64,000 bases of DNA, from positions 62,001 to 126,000 of the forward strand of contig NIVC01000371.1 in assembly GCA_002269645.1 (NCBI GenBank), read 5' to 3'. Positions 24,707 through 34,677 of this stretch are shown here, in pieces. The notes beneath the pieces were generated by a model that saw nothing but the letters and a program-made list of their open reading frames with translations, searched no databases and had not been told where the DNA came from. Source of the stretch: Macrostomum lignano. Its lineage: Eukaryota. The stretch's first letter is position 1; each line of letters opens with the position of its first letter. The translations under genes were made by a program, and so were the position numbers.

Positions 24707-24980
24707 TTAATAGATGTGAAACGCCGCCTTTTGACCAATACAGTCTCCACTCGGATCCAATGTAGCATTCATATTCTTGCAAGAGATAAAGACAGATTAA
24801 TGCTTCAGAGCTGCATTCAGTATGCAAATATTTAGCATAGCTAGATAAAATGCCAAGTAAGTGCTAATAATTTGCATACCTCAGCATACACGTCTGGCAC
24901 TTTTGAATCATCTGCTTTGAATATTAGCACCAAGCTGCTGCCATTGCTAGGGTAGGTCATGTAGAGCAAGGTAATCGACC
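24707..24980 (-). CDS. Candidate last two exons of an unannotated gene or pseudogene (24880-24980, 24707-24775)
   Basis: TTTGCAG acceptor, open 101-nt exon, GTATGC donor, 104-nt intron, then an in-phase exon ending in TAA: SITLLYMTYPSNGSSLVLIFKADDSKVPDVYAE-NMNATLDPSGDCIGQKAAFHIY*. No homology recognised. Confidence 0.3.
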
Positions 24981-26599
24981 CTGCAAATTATTTTTTATTA
25001 TAGTATAGTTTTATTTTTATTTTATCATACTGAGAATTATATTGATTTGTTACATAAAACTCTGTTTCTCATTTGAAACTATCGCTAATACAAGAGACTT
25101 AACATAGTTGTATTGGTACAACTTCTATTAGAATTGTATATGCAAAAAATAATAAGCTTATAAAAATAGAATTTTAATAGATTAGACATGACTTTAAATA
25201 TATTTTTCAGGACAGATACTTGCAAGGCCAAATAATAACTTAATGCCTTTTATAAATATTTATAATCACTAGAATGGGGATGTAAGCCTAGTACAGTTTT
25301 TTAATTCAAACAATTTACATCAATATTTATTCTATTAATATGATTTCAAGTTTAGTTTTTGTTACTATTGAAAATATGAGCAATAAAAAACAAATAATCA
25401 TATATTAATTTTCAAAGCCTTTTACCCTATCTTTGCAGTTCAAATAGTTCCTTTTTATTTTATTTTGAATATAAATGGCTCATTCTAGATAAGATGGACA
25501 TATTTGGAAAATAGAAAAAAGTCAATATTTTTGCTTACCATTGCCTTATCAGCCAATTTTTTTGCCAAATGTTTTAAGTGTGTAAAATATACAATCTAAG
25601 AATATATTAATGGTAAAATGTTGGATTAGTATGTTATCTATTGGCAAAAAGTCATTTTTGGAAAAATTTGGACATTTTTCTAAGCAAAAGACATCATTAA
25701 CTTTGTGTACCTTTTAAAAACAAATAGAAAGCTTTGGGAGGTTGAAACAAACTATAGATAAAATTATAGTACTTGCATAATCAGATAAAAACATTAGCAA
25801 CCATATATTCTATTATATTTTTAATATATTGATACTTCAAAGTGACTGAATTGACAGAAAAAAAATGTTATGACCATAATGTTACGACCATAGGGCTGCC
25901 TTTTCTTTTGTATCTTTGTTGCCTTTATGAGTTTATATATTCTAATAAAAGAATATGATTTCTGAAGATGTTCTTAGTCAAATTTAAAAAAATGTATTGC
26001 AAAATATCAAAAATGAAAAATGTTATAAGACTTTTATCTTTTAGTTTCTATGTGTCAAAAATCCTGTTGTTACGACCATAAGTGCCATTCAAGGTTTAAT
26101 AGCATCTATACTAATGATGATATCTATATGAAACTATACAAATATATTCTTGACAAAATATTCCTTTATTCAAAATATTGGTTTAGTATATTCTATTATT
26201 AGATTTCATTTTATAAGTAAAAATAGCCTGTCATGTTACGACCATAATTATATGGAATGGCCCAAATGGATCTTTTAATATTCTAGTTAACAAAGCTAAG
26301 CCATGCAATTCTTCATCTGGGTCATATCCTTTATTGAAATTGTTACATTATCAGACCTTTATTGATCAAACATCTATTATGACAATTGACCAATAAAGTT
26401 ATTGATATAAAATAGGGGTTAGCAACCTTTTTCTTACACCCTTAATACCCTTTATCTTATATCTACTAAGTTGGATATATATACAAAGTTGAACATTAAT
26501 AATTAATAAATTTCTGTCTTCTTATACAAATCCCTTGTAAACATTATAATGCAACATCTATACTTATGTTTTATATTGGAAAGCAAAGAAAGCAAGGTA

Positions 26600-26930
26600 G
26601 AGAGCAAGGTAGATGCTGCAAAAGCTACAATGAAGGCTATAGCAAAAGCTACAACAGACTACAATAGAGGCTATTACAAAGATTACAGCAGAGGCTATTG
26701 CAGAGACTATGACAAAGGCTATGGCAGAGACTACAGTGGAGGCTATTGCAAACTACACTAGAAGCTATGATGGAGACTACAGTAGAGACTATGATAGAAA
26801 CTACAATAGAGGCAACTACAATAGAAACTACAAAACTACAATACAAACTACTATTTCAAAAACTATAGTGGAGGCTATAGTAGAGACTACAATAGAAGCT
26901 ACAGTGGTAGTGCAAAGCAAAGCAGAGTCA
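26600..26930. repeat. Heavily decayed 12-bp repeat (inferred consensus GAG(G/A)CTACG(A/G)CG)
   Basis: Periodic GAGGCT/GAGACT followed by ACA, ATG, ATA, GCA, GTG or GTA. Confidence 0.7.
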
Positions 26931-27867
26931 CTAAGTATAGTAGCAAAGGTGACTACTATTGGGATAGCTCTAGCCTAGATGCTTCCAGCTAGTTTGGCAC
27001 CATTGGTACCATCTAGAGCTACTAGTACCAAGGAATCGGGTAAATTGCCAAGATGTGCCCAACTGGTATAAAATGGTTGAAATGGATAAGTATAACAAAT
27101 GCTTTCATTTAACTTTTATATTTTATTTTTAACAATTTTTTTCCAAGGCAACCTCCCAAACTTACTCTACTACATATAGCTTTAAATGATAAGCAATAGC
27201 CTACTACAATAGCTTTATGGCAAAGGTTACTGTGATCCTAGAAAGGCTCTACCTTGGCAAACATAGCTCTCTACCTGACCTCACCATTGCCACGGATAGT
27301 CAGCACAATATTGGCCCTGAGCACTAGACTAATATATTCAGATAATTTTATTGCTACCAAATATTGGGACCTTAGTCTTGACCATTAGAGGTTTAATACT
27401 AAAATTAGCTTCTATTAGGTCCTAGCCCCTTGCATTATTGCAAGGTCCCCAGTAAAAAGGTAGTGGATCAGGTTATTAGCAGAGCCTTTGATTAGAGATA
27501 GACCCCTATCTAATTCAATACTGTTAAGGTAGCTATCCTTCACTGTAGGTGCAAGCTCAATATTAGTGCCATGGGCATAGCCTAGCCTTTACCAAAAGAG
27601 CTATCATAACATGAGCAAATGATTATCAACTAGCTCCATATAGGAGCCAATATATCAACCATAGTACATATCACCATATAGGTATTAATGTGTCTATCCT
27701 CTGTCCTGACTGGGGCATAGAAGATATTGTTGACTATATGTTTTTTTACTATCTCCAAGGTAATGGCTAAAGGGCTATTATAGTTACAATTTTATTTAAA
27801 AGTGCCTTTTTATAAGTCTTCAAGCATTAGGCATATATATAGACCTATTTAATATATCATTTATATG

Positions 27868-28602
27868 CAGTGTTGGGCACCATTAATAAAAATCTTAACT
27901 TCTGTTAATGGCAAAAGCATTAGCATTAAAAAAATCTTAACTTTTTAACTCTTCATTTTGTTAAGTTAACTGAAAATTAATTGATAATTGTTAATAAGTG
28001 TTAAACCATTAAAGTCAACACTGAAAATATAGAAATCTTGCACTTTTTTCCAAAATAGACTTTATAATATATTGCTTTTGCTTTTCCTTCTTTTTAGTAA
28101 AACACAGAGGTCATCTAAGCGATTTACAAGCTAAAAAATAACAGTAAAATTAATAGTAAAACTTGTAAGCATAACACTACTATTGTACTAAAAGTAAAAA
28201 TATAGTAAACTAAGTAACTTATTTCTTTGACACTTGAAAGCTAATAAGTTAGTAATAAAATATAAATAGAAAGGTTGTTTCAGTAGCATTAGCAGGTGCA
28301 GTATAAAGTTAAAAAAGATTGGGAAAGAAGTGAATCAAAGTGATAGATACTTAGGTGCAAGCATTCAAGCAATAAAGTTCATAATTATAATTTATTATTA
28401 AAGTTCATTAGTAAGTTGTTACATCTGCATGATCATTGTCATAAACAAAGAGATTAACTAAGCATTTAGGTAAATTTGAATACATTTGTAATGTTATAAC
28501 TTCTCACTAGACTTGTCTTAACAGCAGTCCATTATATTAATGTTAATAAAAAATCTTAATGCTTATTAATAGATTAACACTTATTAACGGTGCCCAACAC
28601 TG
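27868..28602. mobile_element. Old hAT-type MITE, 735 bp
   Basis: 22-bp TIRs CAGTGTTGGGCACC(A/G)TTAATAA with one CpG-decay mismatch; 8-bp TSD TTTATATG / TTTATAGG (7/8). Confidence 0.8.
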
Positions 28603-29330
28603 TTTATAGGTACATTGATTTTGCATTTTAATCTCTAATAATTATAGGCTAGTTTTGGGTTGCATATAATACAAACATAATAGTTCAAACTAAAAAATCA
28701 TTTTAAATTTTAATATAAACTTTTTTCTATTGCCAGTATTGGTCTTAGTCAAAGTACATTGTATAAATTCTCATATAGGCCCTACCTAATGGCTATGCTG
28801 TTGTGTAAGCACTTAACAATTAACAGTTGGAATTATTATAAAAAAATTTATATCCATTGGACCATTTGTACATTAGTGGCAAACTTGATACAAAACTTTT
28901 CAAATTAGGCCTTTAGGCTACTAAACCAAATGCTGACAATCAAGATGCCAAACTCTTGTACAAGTAGGCTGGGCCTAAGGCTAACTCATGTTAAAAACTA
29001 TGCCATAAGGCATAACTCACATATAACAAGCTGAGCTAAACATTGTATCACAATCACAATTATTGTTTTGATCACTGCTTTTATCATACTTTTAATTTGG
29101 TTTTTTATTTAAACTACAGCAACAGTAAGTAATTCAGTCATTTTGTTTTCATAAAATTATCAAGATTTAAACTGCTTTATATACTGTACTTGTATTAGGG
29201 CCTAATGGCCCAGTAGCCTAGTAGCCTATAGTACAGAGCCTAACTCTCAAACGCATTTGTTTCCCCATTGATATTCGCATTGATATTCAAATTTTAACAA
29301 AAGCAAAATACTAAAAGCAACCCGTAGCAT

Positions 29331-30546
29331 GAAACTTTACACAGAGTAAACTGCAACCGTGAAACGACTATTGGTCAAGTTTCAGCTCGATATGTAACTT
29401 TGGCTCTGAGCAGGAGCGATTTTCGATGTGTTCCATTTAAAAGACATGTGATTCCAAAATTCATATTGATATTCGAGTACAGGTACTTCTGCTTCACCGA
29501 TCTTGACGAAACTTTACACAGAGTAAACTGCAACCGTGAAACGACTATTGGTCAAGTTTCAGCTCGATATGTAACTTTGGCTCTGAGCAGGGGCGATTTT
29601 CGATGTGTTCCATTTAAAATACATGTGATTCCAAAATTCATATTGATATTCGAGTACAGGTACTTCTGCTTCACCGATCTTGACGAAACTTTACACAGAG
29701 TAAACTGCAACCGTGAAACGACTATTGGTCAAGTTTCAGCTCGATATGTAACTTTGGCTCTGAGCAGGAGCGATTTTCGATGTGTTCCATTTAAAATACA
29801 TGTGATTCCAAAATTCATATTGATATTCGAGTACAGGTACTTCTGCTTCACCGAGCTTGATGAAACTTTACACAGAGTAAACTGCAACCGTGAAACGACT
29901 ATTGGTCAAGTTTCAGCTCGATATGTAACTTTGGCTCTGAGCAGGAGCGATTTTCGATGTGTTCCATTTAAAATACATGTGATTCCAAAATTCATATTGA
30001 TATTCGAGTACAGGTACTTCTGCTTCACCGAGCTTGATGAAACTTTACACAGAGTAAACTGCAACCGTGAAACGACTATTGGTCAAGTTTCAGCTCGATA
30101 TGTAACTTTGGCTCTGAGCAGGAGCGATTTTCGATGTGTTCCATTTAAAATACATGTGATTCCAAAATTCATATTGATATTCGAGTACAGGTACTTCTGC
30201 TTCACCGATCTTGACGAAACTTTACACAGAGTAAACTGCAACCGTGAAACGACTATTGGTCAAGTTTCAGCTCGATATGTAACTTTGGCTCTGAGCAGGG
30301 GCGATTTTCGATGTGTTCCATTTAAAATACATGTGATTCCAAAATTCATATTGATATTCGAGTACAGGTACTTCTGCTTCACCGATCTTGACGAAACTTT
30401 ACACAGAGTAAACTGCAACCGTGAAACGACTATTGGTCAAGTTTCAGCTCGATATGTAACTTTGGCTCTGAGCAGGAGCGATTTTCGATGTGTTCCATTT
30501 AAAATACATGTGATTCCAAAATTCATACTGATGTTCGAGTACAGGT
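29331..30546 (+). repeat. 177-bp tandem array, about 6.9 copies (left arm)
   Basis: GAAACTTTACACAGAG recurs at 29331, 29508, 29685 and onward; explains the 59-aa repeat ORF 29400-30593. Confidence 0.95.
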
Positions 30547-33034
30547 GGAGGAGATGGCGCAACGTGACACAGTGGTCATTCTCGGAGACCTGAACGCAGT
30601 TCTGCGTAGGTCCGAGCGATCGCTGTTTGTGACAGCGCGCGAGAACGGCAACTCCGGAGCGCTAGAGGACTTCCTGGAGAGACAGGACATGGTGTCGGCC
30701 AACACCAGATTCCGCAAGTCACCGGGCAGGCTCGCGACCTTCGTGGGCTGCAAGCGGAGGCGGCGGAACGCGCGCGGCCGGAACGCTACGCGGAGGCTGG
30801 CACAGCTCGACCACGTGCTTGTGCGCTTTCGTGTGCGCCGCCGCGTCACCAACTGCCGCACCATTACGCCGCTGGCTCTGCGGTCCGACCATCGGCTGCT
30901 CATCTGCGACCTTCGGCTTCGGGACCCGCTCTACCGTCCGCCAAAGCGGCCACCGCGGCGCTACTACGTCGCTTTGCCGGTGCCTTTGTCACTGCGCTGG
31001 GCGACAAGCGTGGAGGAGCCGAGTACGCGGAGGTGAGCGCTGCAGTTCGAGCCGATGCGGAGCAAGCAGTCCCACTGATGCGACCGGCCCAGCGGTCTGG
31101 CAGGACGACCCGCGATCGACGAAGCGAGGGAAGATCTGGAGAGGCTCCGTCTGAGTGGGCGGCAAACTCGCGAGGCGGAGGAGGCTCTGGCGGCTGTCTA
31201 CCTGCAGCGGCAGCAGTCCGCTGTCGATGACGCCACCCAAGCCGTCTCTGCCGCAGGGCCCGATTCCAGAGGGCGCGTGGCCTGGTCCGTCATCAACACT
31301 CTGACGGGGCGAAAGCGGCGCATCGCGCTCAACCAGGCAGGCGACATTCCGGATGAGCGCAGGTACGAGCTGCGCGAGTTCTTCGCCGCCATTGTCAACG
31401 CGCCGCCCCCTCCGCTTCGAGAAAATCTGAGGCTGCCGCCGGAGACGCCGTTGCCGGCGGAGGAGAGCTTCAACGTTGCCCCAGTCAGCACAGCCGACGT
31501 TGTGAAGTTCGCTCGGCAGTCGCCGGGCGCCAAAGCGCTTGGTCCGGACGAGATGCCCACCGAGGCGCTGCGGATCCACTGCGTGGCCACTGAGGTCGCC
31601 AGAGTGATGAACCGCGTGCTTTCCGGTGAGGTGGCGCCAAACGAATGGACCACGGCGCACATCGTCGCCATTCCAAAGAAGCCGGGCACCACCAAGCTCG
31701 AGGAGCATCGAGGCATCTGCCTACAATCCTGCGCCGCGAAGCTGTTCAGCCGCATGCTGCTATCGCGGTTACAGACTGTGCTGGACCCGTACCTGTGGCC
31801 TGAGCAGAACGGATTCCGGCCCCATCGCAGCACAGTGACGCAGATCCTGGCTCTTCGGCGAGTCATCGAGGAGGCGCGCATCCGCCAGTTGACCCTGATC
31901 CTGATCTTCGTCGATTTCAGGAAGGCCTTCGACTCGGTCGTGAGGGACGCGCTCCCAGAGGTGCTCCGTGCGTACAACGTGCCAGAGCTGCTGATTTCTG
32001 CTGTCATGGCGCTGTACCACGGCACGACGGCTGCTGTCTCAACACCGGACGGCCTATCGGATTTCTTCGAGACATCCTCCGGGGTGCTCCAGGGAGATAC
32101 GCTAGCGCCGTTCCTATTTATTCTGGTGCTTGACTGGGTGCTACGGACTGCTCTGCCTTCCAACGACGACGGCTTCCTGCTGCGGCGACGCGTGGGTCGA
32201 CGCCAACCGGAGAGACGGCTCAGCGTGCTTGGCTACGCCGATGACCTCGCCCTGCTGTCCTCGACCGTCGAGGGCGCCCAACGACAGCTGGATAGGCTGG
32301 TTGCCGTTGCGGCGAGCGTCGGCCTGGTGGTCAACACGCAGAAGACCGTCGTGCTATGCGTGCCGGACGACACCGAGGCTGCAATCTTCTGCCGAGGCGC
32401 TGACGGACAGGCGAGTGAGCTTCCAAGATGTCAGCAGTTCGTCTACCTCGGCGGTCTGGTTCCCGACGTCCGCGAGGATCTGCGGCGTCGCCGAGGACTT
32501 GCCTGGGCTGCCTTTCGTTCTATAAGGTCAGTCCTGCAGTCCGAGGCCCTACCGGACCGCCAGAGGGCGGCGCTGTTCCAGGCGGTGATCGAAACCGTCC
32601 TGTTATACAACGCCGAGACCTGGACGCTGATAGACTCGCTCGAGGCTCAAGTCGACGCGGCGCACGCTGGCCTGCTGCGCGCCGCCTTCAAGATCGGCAA
32701 CGAGCGAGTCACCAACACGGCGCTCTATCATCGCGCCGGCCTGGCCCGTCCTAGCGATCTGCTGCGCCGTCGGCGACTCCAGCTGGCAGGCCACGTCATC
32801 CGCGCCGAGGCCTACTGTCCGGAGCCGGTGCAGGAGGTGCTGCTACTTACGTTGCAGGCACCCTACCGGCGGGGACAGGCGAGGACTCGGCGCTACGTCG
32901 ACTGTCTGCTGGCTGACGCCGGCGCCCCGGACTCTGCCGGCGGTGCGGCTTTTGTTCGCGCCCAAGCTTCGAAGCGCGCCATCTGACGCTGCTTTTGCGA
33001 ACTGGCAGCGTACTCTGTTGTTGTTGTTGTTGTT
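30547..33034 (+). mobile_element. 5'-truncated non-LTR retrotransposon (APE endonuclease + RT, RTE-like) with (TGT)n tail
   Basis: APE C-terminal motifs GDLN, LDHVL, SDH (30545-30960); RT motifs VDFRKAFDS, QGDTLAP, YADD; stop at 32984-32986; about 30-nt 3' UTR; tail TGTTGTTGTTGTTGTTGTT at 33016-33034. Frame breaks near 30965 and 31100. Confidence 0.92.
31277..32986 (+). CDS. Reverse transcriptase ORF of the LINE (the frame is open from about 31115)
   Basis: 569-aa ORF with canonical non-LTR RT motifs and GFRP..ST; no RNase H domain seen. Confidence 0.9.
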   Translation: MAWSVINTLTGRKRRIALNQAGDIPDERRYELREFFAAIVNAPPPPLRENLRLPPETPLPAEESFNVAPVSTADVVKFARQSPGAKALGPDEMPTEALRIHCVATEVARVMNRVLSGEVAPNEWTTAHIVAIPKKPGTTKLEEHRGICLQSCAAKLFSRMLLSRLQTVLDPYLWPEQNGFRPHRSTVTQILALRRVIEEARIRQLTLILIFVDFRKAFDSVVRDALPEVLRAYNVPELLISAVMALYHGTTAAVSTPDGLSDFFETSSGVLQGDTLAPFLFILVLDWVLRTALPSNDDGFLLRRRVGRRQPERRLSVLGYADDLALLSSTVEGAQRQLDRLVAVAASVGLVVNTQKTVVLCVPDDTEAAIFCRGADGQASELPRCQQFVYLGGLVPDVREDLRRRRGLAWAAFRSIRSVLQSEALPDRQRAALFQAVIETVLLYNAETWTLIDSLEAQVDAAHAGLLRAAFKIGNERVTNTALYHRAGLARPSDLLRRRRLQLAGHVIRAEAYCPEPVQEVLLLTLQAPYRRGQARTRRYVDCLLADAGAPDSAGGAAFVRAQASKRAI

Positions 33035-33514
33035 TGGAATCACATGTATTTTAAATGGAACACATCGAAAATCGCTCCTGCTCAGAGCCAAAGTTACATA
33101 TCGAGCTGAAACTTGACCAATAGTCGTTTCACGGTTGCAGTTTACTCTGTGTAAAGTTTCGTCAAGATCGGTGAAGCAGAAGTACCTGTACTCGAATATC
33201 AATATGAATTTTGGAATCACATGTATTTTAAATGGAACACATCGAAAATCGCTCCTGCTCAGAGCCAAAGTTACATATCGAGCTGAAACTTGACCAATAG
33301 TCGTTTCACTGTTGCAGTTTACTCTGTGTAAAGTTTCATCAAGATCGGTGAAGCAGAAGTACCTGTACTCGAATATCAATATGAATTTTGGAATCACATG
33401 TATTTTAAATGGAACACATCGAAAATCGCTCCTGCTCAGAGCCAAAGTTACATATCGAGCTGAAACTTGACCAATAGTCGTTTCACGGTTGCAGTTTACT
33501 CTGTGTAAAGTTTC
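33033..33514 (-). repeat. 177-bp tandem array, about 2.7 copies, inverted (right arm)
   Basis: Reverse complement of the left-arm unit. Confidence 0.95.
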
Positions 33515-34677
33515 ATGCTACGGGTTGCTTTTAGTATTTTGCTTTTGTTAAAATTTGAATATCAATGCGAATATCAATGGGGAAACAAATGCGTAACTCT
33601 CAACGCTATACCTATAATTTACATGCTAGAATTTAAAAAATTTCGCTATATGGATAATTTCAAGTTCCTGTCAATAAAATCTTTAAAAAAGTTGAAAGCG
33701 AATCAATGAGAACCAAAAGTAGCTGTAAGGTATTTTTTAAAAAAACAATTCGTGTCTAAAAACGCAATATTTAGACAGTAGATTGGTGCTAAGAGTTTCA
33801 GCTTGTTATAATAAGTAATTCAATACTGTTATTACCGCAAAGAGCAACTCGTCTAATTCAGAACTGTTTTTCCCTACCCTTTCCTGGCATCCAGGATCAG
33901 ATTATGAGATTCAGAAAACCTGAAAGCTTGATTGCGAATGCGCACACAGTCTCTCGTTTGTTTTAAACTGCATGTTACCTTTAAAATTGTTGCTTTAGTT
34001 TTATGTTCTTAGATTCAGTAAGAATTAAAACAATACAGGCCGCCTACTTGTCTCATCTTTGATTTTTAAACGTTCAAAAGCAGTGCAGCGAATGCAGTAT
34101 TTAGCTTGTAGTGCAATCGTAAATAGCCATCGATTTTAAGTTTTGATTTATTTCAATAAATTCATAAAGCACGAATTCTAACGCAAGCGGTGACGAAGCT
34201 AAAATGTGAAATATTAGGAGCTGAAAATGGTAGTATATTGCACTGAATTACAGCAGTCTTACAGCTCCCAAATTTAAATAACTGATGAATAGCTATGATA
34301 CGAGAAATATCGTGGGGTTCAATTACATGAAACAGCATCTGTCTAATACATACATGTGCGCAGAGTCATCTGTAAAAGTTAAGCATTAAATAATTAAGAG
34401 GTTTGCGATATCCAAGTACTCAAGATATATATATCTGCTAGCAACAGCATGCTATGTGACAATGTTATTTGACAAAAATGAGACAGTAAGTACTATTATA
34501 TTATCAGAGCTTATATTTTAAATCATACATTTTATATGCATATTGTATTAAACAATAATAGGATAACAGTTTCCTCAATGGTATGTATGCAACATAGTAA
34601 GAAGGATAATCTCATGGAATCGATTGGAATGAGAATCGGGAATTTTCTTCGCAAAGATGGCCAGGTTGCCTCAGCTG

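Larger units (their letters stand above)
29251..33594. mobile_element. Foldback / Mutator-like element with long modular inverted arms
   Basis: Identical 80-bp termini (29251-29330 and 33515-33594), inner arms of 177-bp tandem units, perfect 9-bp TSD AACTCTCAA (29242-29250, 33595-33603). No transposase. Confidence 0.9.

Noticed and set aside
26549-26978. ORFs resembling a secreted Gly/Tyr-rich or mucin-like protein
   Set aside because: The frames switch several times and nearby stops occur. Treated as a decayed repeat, not an intact gene.
29400-30593. 397-aa ORF with 59-aa repeats (and its mirror at 32843-33445)
   Set aside because: It is a by-product of the 177-bp unit (59 codons, stop-free in one frame), begins at TTG, and lies in transposon arms.
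31198-32163. 321-aa antisense ORF over the RT, and similar shadows over MARCHF6 and the integrin (59255-60352)
   Set aside because: These are antisense shadows of GC-rich coding sequence.
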